Shown here one piece after another: positions 27,961 through 36,341 of a stretch of 43,016 bases of DNA. Positions within the stretch are counted from its first letter, which is position 1, and every line of letters starts with the position of its first letter. Source of the DNA: a virus (lineage: Duplodnaviria > Caudoviricetes); the IMG/VR virus record IMGVR_UViG_3300017780_004042, positions 1-43,016 of that record, one strand, 5' to 3'. Position numbers and translations under genes: made by a program. The notes beneath the pieces are model-generated. The model made no database searches and was not told the DNA's origin. It was given only the letters and a program-made list of their open reading frames with translations.

Positions 27961-28415
27961 TCTTTTTCTCCTGTTGGTGTTGCTGGAAGTGCCCACAATC
28001 TGCGCTCGATGATCCCTGCCATGGCCTTGCACTTGTCGCTGTCCACAGGCTCATTAAGGTATCCGCCAATCATTCCGGCAACGTACTCGCACCATGTTTT
28101 GGCGTCTTTGCTTGGCTCACTGGCTTGGGGGTTGGTCAATGACCCCAGATACTGGCAATCGTTCAGCAGCGCAAGAACATCAGGCGCTGTTATTGTTTGC
28201 GTCCCGTGGTTTAGGCGAGCCACAAACATACCTATTACCTCTGACCAGTAGGCTGTCTCCCCCTGCGCTTGCACCTCTAGTGCTTGCTTGGCTTGTGTGA
28301 TGGCATCACGGCAATCGCGTGCCATTGATGGCGACCACGAAGGGCTTTCAATGTACGTCAGCGATTCATTTAGCGCCTTTACACATTCCTTGAGTGCTTT
28401 TTGTTGTGTGTTCAT
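27957..28415 (-). CDS. hypothetical protein
   Basis: ATGA coupling; mosaic accessory protein. Confidence 0.6.
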   Translation of the reverse strand: MNTQQKALKECVKALNESLTYIESPSWSPSMARDCRDAITQAKQALEVQAQGETAYWSEVIGMFVARLNHGTQTITAPDVLALLNDCQYLGSLTNPQASEPSKDAKTWCEYVAGMIGGYLNEPVDSDKCKAMAGIIERRLWALPATPTGEKE

Positions 28416-28525
28416 TTCCAATCCTTAAATGCTTTACGGAGTAGCATCACAAAACAAATCCAGAGGCTGGCAACAATCGGGATCATTGCGGCAACCATCG
28501 CCCATTTGAAAATTAGTTCACTCAT
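28412..28525 (-). CDS. 37-aa single-TM peptide (not in ORF track)
   Basis: MSELIFKWAMVAAMIPIVASLWICFVMLLRKAFKDWK; ATGA overlaps at both ends. Confidence 0.6.
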   Translation of the reverse strand: MSELIFKWAMVAAMIPIVASLWICFVMLLRKAFKDWK

Positions 28526-28764
28526 CTCGGTTCCTTCATGGCTCTGATTTCTTCGGCGGTTGCCTCCCCATACTTGGGATAACCCTCTGCGACTTTTGCC
28601 GCTTCCTCCAGCGCATCCCTCACAGCTTGCTTGAGCTGGTCGGCGGTGTAAGTTAATTCAACTTCGTCGCGCTTTAATTCAAACGGATAAGGGAGCGCAC
28701 GTCTAACCCAATTGCCCGTTTCATCACGGTACTTGTATCCATCTGGCTCTGGCATCTTGGTCAT
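28522..28764 (-). CDS. hypothetical protein
   Basis: MPEP.GY, YTADQL and ALEEAAKV..A.EIRAM motifs typical of phage accessory proteins. Confidence 0.65.
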   Translation of the reverse strand: MTKMPEPDGYKYRDETGNWVRRALPYPFELKRDEVELTYTADQLKQAVRDALEEAAKVAEGYPKYGEATAEEIRAMKEPR

Positions 28765-28910
28765 CCCTGTGCCTTCCTAAGTCTGAGTGCTGCGTGACCT
28801 ACACAGAAATACATAAGCTGGTCAGATATGTACGCGGCTGGCTTGTCACATGACTTGCACTCGCATCGCCTCACATCGCCCCCACTGAATCGCAGTAGAT
28901 AAAGGGTCAT
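28761..28910 (-). CDS. small Cys/His zinc-finger-like protein
   Basis: CECKSCDKPA...FCVGHA; ATGA overlaps; flanked by 16-bp direct repeats. Confidence 0.55.
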   Translation of the reverse strand: MTLYLLRFSGGDVRRCECKSCDKPAAYISDQLMYFCVGHAALRLRKAQG

Positions 28911-29239
28911 CCCTGTGCCTCCCCTGTAATCCCGCGTTCTGCCGTGACAGTAAGGTGCATAACCTGATCGTCGTAGCAATAGCCCTGCTCACTTAGCTGA
29001 CCAAACCCAAATGGCTTTCCACAGGCTCGGCAATCCCACGTTCCAGAGTAAGGTGGCTTGGGGTGGACTACTCGCTTATACGTGCTGATAAACGAATCAG
29101 TAACCTCCCCCCTGTTTTCTCTGAAATGTCTGGGGCTTGACTCTGGCGTCGATCCGTGCCCATAGAGATACGCCATGTCAATCTCGGCATCTACCCTGTC
29201 CAATGCGTCACTTGCTCCATCGCCTAATGCAAACATCAT
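28907..29239 (-). CDS. hypothetical protein
   Basis: Coupled ORF; CRAC motif. Confidence 0.55.
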   Translation of the reverse strand: MMFALGDGASDALDRVDAEIDMAYLYGHGSTPESSPRHFRENRGEVTDSFISTYKRVVHPKPPYSGTWDCRACGKPFGFGQLSEQGYCYDDQVMHLTVTAERGITGEAQG

Positions 29240-29709
29240 GGCTGTGCCTCCGTAATTCCGTGGGCTTTCTCAATGGCTCGGGCAGCATCAGCAAAACCAT
29301 CAGCGCGTCCTGTACCGTACTTTTGATAGATGGCTTTAATCTGCTCATCCGTCAGCGGCTTCGGTGCTTGGGTGGCCTGCCAACGTCCCCTTGGTGTGCA
29401 TGGTCTGCCGCAGTTTGCATAGTCACCGCAGCAGACTTGCGCTTGGGGTAGGTCACGCGCTTCAGGTGGCAGTGCTGGTGCTTGGGGTGCTGCCTTCAAC
29501 CGCTCCACCTCTGCTTGCAGGGCGTTGCGCTGCTCCATCACTGAATTAAGCGAGTCTTTCCACTCTGCCCACCGATCTTCTAAATCGGCGTTCGCTTGTT
29601 GCAGGGCTTCGATGGCTTGCACTAGGGCGGCTCTGGTGTGCGAGTCTCTGTCATTCGCTTGGCGGCTTGCATAGGCATACGCATCAGCCAGTTCAATCAG
29701 TGTGTTCAT
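29236..29709 (-). CDS. hypothetical protein
   Basis: Coiled coil plus PLTDEQI...ARAIEKAHGI C-terminal module. Confidence 0.65.
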   Translation of the reverse strand: MNTLIELADAYAYASRQANDRDSHTRAALVQAIEALQQANADLEDRWAEWKDSLNSVMEQRNALQAEVERLKAAPQAPALPPEARDLPQAQVCCGDYANCGRPCTPRGRWQATQAPKPLTDEQIKAIYQKYGTGRADGFADAARAIEKAHGITEAQP

Positions 29710-29816
29710 TTCTTACCTTTCAATCGTTTCGTTGCGTTCCCGGCCAGCAGGGCCACGCCTGCCACGGTGAGGCCGACTCCGAAGATGACGCCGGTGAGAA
29801 ATATGAGTAGGTTCAT
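29706..29816 (-). CDS. 36-aa single-TM peptide (not in ORF track)
   Basis: MNLLIFLTGVIFGVGLTVAGVALLAGNATKRLKGKK; SD AAGGAG; ATGA overlaps. Confidence 0.6.
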   Translation of the reverse strand: MNLLIFLTGVIFGVGLTVAGVALLAGNATKRLKGKK

Positions 29817-29968
29817 TTAGATACTCCTTTTGCTACTGCCCACGCTGCTATCCAGAGCAGGGCTTCCTCGCTCGTGAAGGGCCAGGGGCAGGCCTCGTTG
29901 ATGGTCTTGCCTGCCGCTGCGGCCTTCACCGCATCCGCCTCGATGGCACGCTTTTGGGGTTTGGTCAT
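29813..29968 (-). CDS. 51-aa Rmf/CrpP-fold-like protein (not in ORF track)
   Basis: MTKPQKRAIEADAVKAAAAGKTINEACPWPFTSEEALLWIAAWAVAKGVSK; ATGA overlaps at both ends. Confidence 0.55.
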   Translation of the reverse strand: MTKPQKRAIEADAVKAAAAGKTINEACPWPFTSEEALLWIAAWAVAKGVSK

Positions 29969-30201
29969 TTCCAAGACACCCACAGCGAGTTGCTGGCACG
30001 CTCTGGCTTGCGCTCTGGTGTTTTGCGCCGGTTCTCAGAGCCTTCCAGCCTGTTGATGTCGATAGCGGTGTCCACGCGCTCCCGCGTCCAGAACCTCTCG
30101 CCACAGACGCTGCACTCTCGGCGCCGGGCGATGTCCTCGCCGTGCAGCCTGGTGTCGAGGACTCCGCTTTTCTTTTCAGTTTCACAATGGGGGCACTTCA
30201 C
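29965..30201 (-). CDS. NrdR N-terminal-like zinc-ribbon protein
   Basis: MKCPHC......VLDTR......RRREC..CG.RF.T.E; no ATP-cone. Confidence 0.7.
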   Translation of the reverse strand: MKCPHCETEKKSGVLDTRLHGEDIARRRECSVCGERFWTRERVDTAIDINRLEGSENRRKTPERKPERASNSLWVSWK

Positions 30202-31568
30202 TTCATTCCCTTTCTTTTCATTGCGTCCAAGAGGACGGCTTGCACTTCACGTTTGGTTTCCAACTTCTCCATCACCAACTCGTCCACGGTGTCGCGGGCG
30301 ATGATGTTGTGGACGAATACAGGGCGGTCATGCCCCGCCTGCATCTGGCGCGTGGGGCCGATACGCTCAAGGATCTGGTCGCGTTCTTCGGCGTTCCACC
30401 AGTGGGCGAAGTACACCAAGATGTTCCCGCCGTCTTGCAAATTCAGTCCGTGACCAGCCGACGCAGGGTGAGCGAATAGCACAGGAATTCGCCCTGCATT
30501 CCAAGCCTTGATCGTTCCAGGGTCAGCATCCAGCGCCCGACCTTGAGGGAATGCTTTGAGCAACCGGGCAAGGTCCGACTTGAAGTGGTAGGCCACCAAG
30601 ACAGGGGCGCCAGCGGCTTCCTCCACAATGCTCTCCAGCGCTTGCAATTTGGCATCGTGTAGTTCCTTCCACTGGTCGTTGCTATCGCCAACGTAGGCCG
30701 CGCCGTTGGCGATCTGCAAGCACTTGATGGTCTTGGCCGCAGCGCCGAAGGCTTCGACCTCATGCTCGTCGAGCTGCATGAACATCGCCTTCTCCATGTC
30801 GCGGTAGAGCTTGCGTGCGGCCACCGGCATGTCCACGTAGATGTTGTTGACGATGGGTGCTTTCAGATCGAACCAATCCTTCGCGTCCACGGTCAGGCAC
30901 AGGTCGCGCAGCTTGTCCTGTATCTCAGCCTGCGCGTGGGGCAGGGGGATGATGCCGAAGCCGCTGTAGTCGGGCCGGAACCAGCGCTGGCTGAACGCGG
31001 TGTAGCTCTTACCCAGGCGCTGCCCAGCGTCGAGGAACCATATCTGGCCCCACAGGTCTTTGAGCCCGTTGGGGGCTGGTGTGCCGGTGAGTTGCACCAG
31101 CCGCTTGATCTTGGTGTGGGCCACGGTGCCCAAGGCGCGGGCACGCATACCGCCTTGCCGAGTGCGAAAGCCTTTGACCTTCGTGGCCTCGTCCAGCACC
31201 ACAGTGCGGTAGGGCCACTTGTCCCTGTGGTGAGCCACCAGCCACGGCAGGTTCTCGTAGTTGATTGTGTAGACCTGCGCGGGTATGCGCAGGGCGGCTT
31301 GGCGCTCTGGCACAGAGCCGACGATGGGCATGATGCACAGACCCTTGAGGTGGTCCCACTTCTGCGCCTCGTCCGGCCATGTGGAGCGGGCAACGCGCAG
31401 GGGCGCTACCACCAGGATGGGGTCGTCCTCCACCATCGTCAGGGCGTCCAGCGCGTTGAGCGTACCCGTTGTCTTGCCCATACCCATGCCAGCCCAGATA
31501 CCGCTGCGTGGCAGGTCGAGGATGTGGCTGGTAATCATGGACTGATACGGACGCGGAGTGAATCTCAT
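30198..31568 (-). CDS. SNF2-family helicase
   Basis: PRPYQ, GMGMGKT, VVLDEA, LTGTP, HPASAGHGLNLQ, Q..ERIG..RQ. Confidence 0.93.
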   Translation of the reverse strand: MRFTPRPYQSMITSHILDLPRSGIWAGMGMGKTTGTLNALDALTMVEDDPILVVAPLRVARSTWPDEAQKWDHLKGLCIMPIVGSVPERQAALRIPAQVYTINYENLPWLVAHHRDKWPYRTVVLDEATKVKGFRTRQGGMRARALGTVAHTKIKRLVQLTGTPAPNGLKDLWGQIWFLDAGQRLGKSYTAFSQRWFRPDYSGFGIIPLPHAQAEIQDKLRDLCLTVDAKDWFDLKAPIVNNIYVDMPVAARKLYRDMEKAMFMQLDEHEVEAFGAAAKTIKCLQIANGAAYVGDSNDQWKELHDAKLQALESIVEEAAGAPVLVAYHFKSDLARLLKAFPQGRALDADPGTIKAWNAGRIPVLFAHPASAGHGLNLQDGGNILVYFAHWWNAEERDQILERIGPTRQMQAGHDRPVFVHNIIARDTVDELVMEKLETKREVQAVLLDAMKRKGMK

Positions 31569-31732
31569 ATCGCCGCCTTCCGCATCTTTTGGGCTTTTTC
31601 CGGTGGCACGAACGCGCACAGCGGTGCCTCATAGTTCTTGCGGTTTGCGTCTTTGACTATCTGCTTGACGGTCTTCTGGCGCACACCTCTCAGGGCCGTG
31701 CTTGGGCCGCGTGTGTCGAAAGCGTTGCTCAT
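31565..31732 (-). CDS. 55-aa basic hypothetical protein (not in ORF track)
   Basis: MSNAFDTRGPSTALRG...MRKAAI; fills the gap exactly with ATGA overlaps. Confidence 0.55.
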   Translation of the reverse strand: MSNAFDTRGPSTALRGVRQKTVKQIVKDANRKNYEAPLCAFVPPEKAQKMRKAAI

Positions 31733-31992
31733 ACCAGCAAAGCCTCCACGCCTTCAATGGAGTCGATGACCTCCACGCGCTGGCCCATGTTGCGCAGTCG
31801 TGCGTGTTCGCGCACTTGATGGGGCTTGGGCTTCTGGCCGGGGGCTTTCAGTTCGACCCAAAGGCAACCACCAGGCAGCATGACGAACCTGTCAGGTGCC
31901 CCGTGGCGCCCAATCCATTCCACCTTTCTGCAATCGCCGCCATGCTCACGCACACGCTTGACGAGGTAGGTTTCAATTTCAGATTCGCGCAT
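31729..31992 (-). CDS. VRR-NUC nuclease
   Basis: MRESEIE.YL, GAPDR, WVELKAPG.KP.PHQ. Confidence 0.92.
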   Translation of the reverse strand: MRESEIETYLVKRVREHGGDCRKVEWIGRHGAPDRFVMLPGGCLWVELKAPGQKPKPHQVREHARLRNMGQRVEVIDSIEGVEALLV

Positions 31993-32084
31993 CAGATCAC
32001 CAAGAGAAGGGTTACGAAAGCCGCCAGGTAAGCCAGCGACAGCACTATGCGAATGGGGGTCCACTTGAATTCACGTTCACGCAT
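31992..32084 (-). CDS. 30-aa membrane peptide (not in ORF track)
   Basis: MREREFKWTPIRIVLSLAYLAAFVTLLLVI; SD GGAGG; TGATG overlap with VRR-NUC. Confidence 0.5.
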   Translation of the reverse strand: MREREFKWTPIRIVLSLAYLAAFVTLLLVI

Positions 32085-32172
32085 GGCGGCTAATCCTCCA
32101 GGCGCTCTTGATGGCGGGGATTACTGCCCAGCCGCAATCGCGGCGGAGCTTGTAGAGTTTGAGAAATCTCAC
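32077..32172 (-). CDS. 31-aa basic peptide (not in ORF track)
   Basis: MRFLKLYKLRRDCGWAVIPAIKSAWRISRHA; GTGA overlap with polymerase stop; SD AGGAG. Confidence 0.45.
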   Translation of the reverse strand: MRFLKLYKLRRDCGWAVIPAIKSAWRISRHA

Positions 32173-33953
32173 AGGGTTACTCCTACGTCTTTGAGAATTG
32201 AATTGGCTTCCGCGATGTACCAATCACGGTCTATGTCGATGGGCATGTCGAACGGCAGCTCCATCAGCGCTTGCGCGTTCTCTGTGCGAGGGACGGTGTA
32301 GCCGTTGAGCTTGTAGCGGAGCGGGCCTTCCATGAGGCTGCTGTAGTACCAGCGGACGGCCTTGCCCAAGTAGTCGCCGTATTGATCCACAGCACCGCCC
32401 TTGACGCTGCGAATGCTGACGAACTTGGTCACATCCACGCAGTCGTTGATCGTGTCGGCTACTGGCGTATCGTTCTTCAAATAGGCCAACGCTGCTTCCA
32501 CGCAGATCGCGTTCGATGGGTTCTTGGCCATACCTGCCTGTGCGAAAACACCTTTGGCCTTGTGCTTACCGTCTGTCTTGATCGCCAGGTAGTTGTTCAC
32601 ATCGCGGCTGTAGAGGGCGCTGTACTCAGTGGCCTCAGTCTCAAAGCCGGAAATCATTTCCCAGCCAGCCACAACGCCATCCAGAACATCCGCTTTGTCC
32701 TTTGGACACTTGATAACGATGCCGTCCGTGTTGGCTGACACCACGGGGATACCCGAAAGCTCAAGCTGTTCAATCAGCATCAGCAAGCAGAGTTGGCCGG
32801 TGATGGTGGTGGCGATCAGCAGGTCGGGCGAATACAGCACAGACCATTTGCTGCCGAACTTCCCGAAGCTGCCGTTGATACAAATTTTCAGGACTTCGTT
32901 CGTCACCTTGTCACCAGTGCGCTTGGCTTCCAGCCGACGCTCCACGATGCCCCGGTAAACCGATATGAAGGCATTGCCCATGTGCTTGGGTGCCAGCCCC
33001 AAGGTCAGAATGATGTTGGGGTAGTAGCTGGCAACGTCACGGTCAATCAGCAGCGTGTCATCGTCAGCAACGTGGGCCACACACGACTCAGTGCTGTGCA
33101 GACCGCCGATGCCCATGCGGTACACCGAGTCACCCAGCGCCACCTCCAAGTCCTTTAGCCACTTCGGCTCGTTCACCTTGCCGCTGTCCTGCACCACGAA
33201 CTTGTCAACCTGGATTCGCTCAAGCACATCGCGTAACTGCGCAGTCTCAAACTGGATGAAATCAGGTGCGGTGTAACCGTACTGCGTACCGGCAGCAATC
33301 TCAGGACGTTCCACGGCATCGCCAGTGATGGCTTCGACTTCGGCCTTAATCACCGCTTCTGCAATCTGCGCATCCGACTTGCTGCGCAACTCTTGGCCGT
33401 ATTCTTCGCCCATCTGCACGCGCAGTTCAATCTGCGGCAGCAACTTGCGGTACAAGTCCTCTGTGGTTTGCAGGTCGTTGGCGCAATAGGTCTTGAGCGC
33501 TTCGCGGTCTGCGGGGCTGATGCTGGCGCTTGGCTCAATTGGCAAGTCCTGCATCTTCTGGCAGTGCAGGCGGCCACCGTAAATCTTGAGGCTCACCATG
33601 CCTGGAGCCACTTCGATCAAGTCGATATGGTCAGCGTTGCCGATGGTCTTGAACTTGAACCGCTTTTCCAACTGCCATGAGCGCAGGTTGTTGACGATGA
33701 TCGCGTCACTGGCTTGCTTGATGGTCTTGTTGTCAGCTCCGGTCAGCGCCAGTGATAGCAACGGCAGGTCGAAGTTGTTACCGTTGAACGACACTAGCGT
33801 GGAGTCTTTGATAATTCCGCGCACGGCATTCACACCAAACTCATGGCCGTCGAACAGTTCAAAGGTCGCGGTCTTGCCGTTGCCAATGTCCCGAAACATC
33901 GCAAGGAAATAGTCCTGGTAGATTTCCAGATCGAATACGCGCACAGGTTTCAA
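32169..33953 (-). CDS. DNA polymerase, family B, with 3'-5' exonuclease
   Basis: ExoI FDLE, ExoII FNGNNFD, ExoIII YCAND; motif A DVASYYP, motif B KICINGSFG, motif C NTDG. TTG start at 33953 with SD GGAG. Confidence 0.88.
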   Translation of the reverse strand: MKPVRVFDLEIYQDYFLAMFRDIGNGKTATFELFDGHEFGVNAVRGIIKDSTLVSFNGNNFDLPLLSLALTGADNKTIKQASDAIIVNNLRSWQLEKRFKFKTIGNADHIDLIEVAPGMVSLKIYGGRLHCQKMQDLPIEPSASISPADREALKTYCANDLQTTEDLYRKLLPQIELRVQMGEEYGQELRSKSDAQIAEAVIKAEVEAITGDAVERPEIAAGTQYGYTAPDFIQFETAQLRDVLERIQVDKFVVQDSGKVNEPKWLKDLEVALGDSVYRMGIGGLHSTESCVAHVADDDTLLIDRDVASYYPNIILTLGLAPKHMGNAFISVYRGIVERRLEAKRTGDKVTNEVLKICINGSFGKFGSKWSVLYSPDLLIATTITGQLCLLMLIEQLELSGIPVVSANTDGIVIKCPKDKADVLDGVVAGWEMISGFETEATEYSALYSRDVNNYLAIKTDGKHKAKGVFAQAGMAKNPSNAICVEAALAYLKNDTPVADTINDCVDVTKFVSIRSVKGGAVDQYGDYLGKAVRWYYSSLMEGPLRYKLNGYTVPRTENAQALMELPFDMPIDIDRDWYIAEANSILKDVGVTL

Positions 33954-34591
33954 ACCAACTCTCCTGCGTCTGCGCCCACAGATAAATCCACGCACTCCAC
34001 AGCCACCACCGCTTTTCGCACAGCGTCAGTCTTGCCCTTGGACGCATTGCATGACCGGCACAGCACCGCGTAGCGTGTGATGCGTGACTGGTGAAACCCA
34101 ATCCAGCGGCCTTCAACGTCAATATCCTCAAACACGTTGCCGACGCCGTTGGGCGCGTCGATGATGCGAGGCATGGCGTTGTCGGCCAGGTATGCCAGTG
34201 CGATGCTGTCAAAGCTGGGGTTATGGTCACAGGTCAAACGCTCGGTGGTGCCGCAGTGTTCGCAGGCCGGTTCATCCACGCTGTCCATAAACTCAGCCAA
34301 ACAGGGGGCGATGGACTCGCGCATCACCTTCTTGACGTTCTGGATGTCATCAATAGGGCTGATTGCCTTGAGCCAACTGAATGCTGCAAACTCACCGAAT
34401 GTAGAACCGTGCAAGTGGCGCGGGTCGCTGGGGTACTGGGGATTGCGGCGACGAACAAAGCCGTCAAACGTGGTACCAAGCACTTCGTTCATCTGCGCGG
34501 TGTCGTAGTCGTTGAACGGCACGCCGATCACGTTGCGGTCAATGATGGCGCGGGCCATATCGGTACGGTACTTTTTGGTAATTCGCATCAC
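33950..34591 (-). CDS. HNH-like nuclease with DCL/DUF3223-like N-terminus
   Basis: FSWLKAI, CEHCG......DH.P.F, W..FH, LCRSCNASKG. Confidence 0.6.
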   Translation of the reverse strand: MMRITKKYRTDMARAIIDRNVIGVPFNDYDTAQMNEVLGTTFDGFVRRRNPQYPSDPRHLHGSTFGEFAAFSWLKAISPIDDIQNVKKVMRESIAPCLAEFMDSVDEPACEHCGTTERLTCDHNPSFDSIALAYLADNAMPRIIDAPNGVGNVFEDIDVEGRWIGFHQSRITRYAVLCRSCNASKGKTDAVRKAVVAVECVDLSVGADAGELV

Positions 34592-34622
34592 GTTCTCCTT
34601 TTTGGAATGCCCGAAGGCAGTC

Positions 34623-34648
34623 CGAAAAGCCCTGCCCGCAGGCAGGAC
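34623..34648 (-). terminator. terminator-like hairpin after SSB gene
   Basis: Minus strand CCTGCC-TGCG-GGCAGG-GCTTTT; a second hairpin TGCC-TTCG-GGCA follows. Confidence 0.5.
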
Positions 34649-34653
34649 ACGGT

Positions 34654-35190
34654 TTAGACAAAAGATTCGTCAGCGTCCTCGACAGCTTCAAACTCGTCGT
34701 TGCCACTGCTGGCACCGAAGGGCTCACCGTCGCTGTGGAACTGAACACCGCCCAGGCCAGCACAGATGCGCTTGCCGAACTGGTTGTCCATTGCCCAGAC
34801 CTCAACGAAAGCGTTGACGTAGCAACCGCCGTATGGCTTGCCGTCCGCTTCAACCAGCGGCGTGGTGCCGTCCTGGTCAACCAACTTCACGCGCTTGGCG
34901 CTACTGGCACTGACAAACATCATTCCGGCGTACTCGTCGCGGTCTGCCTTGCTGTCCCCATCGCGCAAGCAGGTTTTGCCAGCGGTGCGCAGCGTCTTGA
35001 GAATGGCGTCGGCCTTGGCGCCCCACTTCTCAGCAGCAACCTTCACGATTGCCGCGTTCAACTCCTGCACAGCAGGGTGGTCTGGTGGGAAGATGTAGCT
35101 GGCGCTGAATTTGGCGGGGCCACCCTCATACGAATTTGCTTCGTGAAGGTGGGGGAACGAAAGGCGAACCTTTTTAAGAAAGACCTTCAT
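34654..35190 (-). CDS. ssDNA-binding protein (DUF2815, T7 gp2.5-like)
   Basis: VRLSFP.L, LRDGD, YGGCYVNA, L.GVQF..DGEPF, acidic tail ending in F-V. Confidence 0.9.
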   Translation of the reverse strand: MKVFLKKVRLSFPHLHEANSYEGGPAKFSASYIFPPDHPAVQELNAAIVKVAAEKWGAKADAILKTLRTAGKTCLRDGDSKADRDEYAGMMFVSASSAKRVKLVDQDGTTPLVEADGKPYGGCYVNAFVEVWAMDNQFGKRICAGLGGVQFHSDGEPFGASSGNDEFEAVEDADESFV

Positions 35191-36341
35191 GGTGTTGCTC
35201 CTTGGTTGAGGTCGGTGGAAGAAACGGGTGAAAATTCGTCAAGCACAAGCGCGGGGCGTTTGTCTGAAATGGGTGCCACGGAAGGCTTCCCATCTGTCTG
35301 TGTGATTAGCTCTGTGACCTTGGGCCACTGGCGCGGGCCGATGGTCCCGGCCTTCGCCAACTTGTCGGCGGTGGTAGGGCTGATGACTGAGTAGTCGTAC
35401 ATCTGGTCATGGGGGACGCGCATCTGTTTCAGCAGCGCCTCGGCAGCAACCTTGTCGGTCCAAGCACGCGAACCCTTGCGACCCTGCACCAGCTTCCAAC
35501 CAGCCACATCGCGGCCATCGAGCAGGCGGCGTTCTACTTCGGCACGCACGGCCTTGCACCAACCTTCAATAAGGTCTACCTTCGACATGGCCCTGGCCAG
35601 ATCGTCAGTAGGTACATCGTTCGGGTCAACCGCTTCAAATGTCTCGGTGACTTCCGCTGCCAGTGCGGGGCAAGTGGCCTTGGCCTTGCACCAGCGACAG
35701 CCCTTTGTTGAGGGCACCAATGGCGCATTGGGCAGTGTCGTGGCAGCGGCTGCTTCGGCCACAGTCAGCGCGAAGTCTTCAAGTTCCTCTACGGTCTGCA
35801 CCCACTCCGACACTGCGCCAAGGCGCGGCTGGTGGATGACCATGCGAACGGTCTTGAAGTCCTGCACAAAGCTAAATTCACGCAATGCAGCCAAGGCGTA
35901 AATTTGAAGTTGCTGGTTATGGTCGGCCTGCACCGGCTCACCCATGCCGAACTTCAAATCCACAATGCCGAGTTCGTCACCGACGAAAATCACGGAGTCG
36001 CTGGTGCCGAAAGCATCAGTCTCACCAGTGATACCGCTGATCGGCAAACGCTGTTCAACCATGAATGTGCCACCCTGTGCGATGTCGCGCACATAATCCA
36101 CATACTTCTGCACCGGGCGGGCCATATCCTCATCAACCACATGCCCGAGGCTCATGGTGTCACCGATGAAACTCACCGCGTCACGATTCAGGTCCAGGCA
36201 CAGCGCGGCCAGTTCGTGAGCGCTTGTGCCTTCGTCAGCGAACTTGCTGCTGGTGTCAGGCATGTCCTTGGTCAGCGCCACGCTACCAGGGCACACCATC
36301 CACCGCGCCGCGCTGGAAGGGGAGAGTTGGGCGTGGGCCAT
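35187..36341 (-). CDS. Cas4-like PD-(D/E)XK exonuclease (DUF2800)
   Basis: HA.LSPS.A.RW..CPGS, EGT.AH, FGTSD, DLKFG, QL.IYA, CRWCKAK..C. Confidence 0.92.
   Translation of the reverse strand: MAHAQLSPSSAARWMVCPGSVALTKDMPDTSSKFADEGTSAHELAALCLDLNRDAVSFIGDTMSLGHVVDEDMARPVQKYVDYVRDIAQGGTFMVEQRLPISGITGETDAFGTSDSVIFVGDELGIVDLKFGMGEPVQADHNQQLQIYALAALREFSFVQDFKTVRMVIHQPRLGAVSEWVQTVEELEDFALTVAEAAAATTLPNAPLVPSTKGCRWCKAKATCPALAAEVTETFEAVDPNDVPTDDLARAMSKVDLIEGWCKAVRAEVERRLLDGRDVAGWKLVQGRKGSRAWTDKVAAEALLKQMRVPHDQMYDYSVISPTTADKLAKAGTIGPRQWPKVTELITQTDGKPSVAPISDKRPALVLDEFSPVSSTDLNQGATP

Noticed and set aside
31993-32168. Structured ncRNA between polymerase and VRR-NUC (AGCCGCCA/TGGCGGCT pairing)
   Set aside because: The gap is fully explained by two coupled micro-ORFs with SD sites; one 8-bp pairing is weak in GC-rich DNA.
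35187-36341. CRISPR-associated Cas4
   Set aside because: Standard phage DUF2800 exonuclease beside the SSB; no other cas genes or array.
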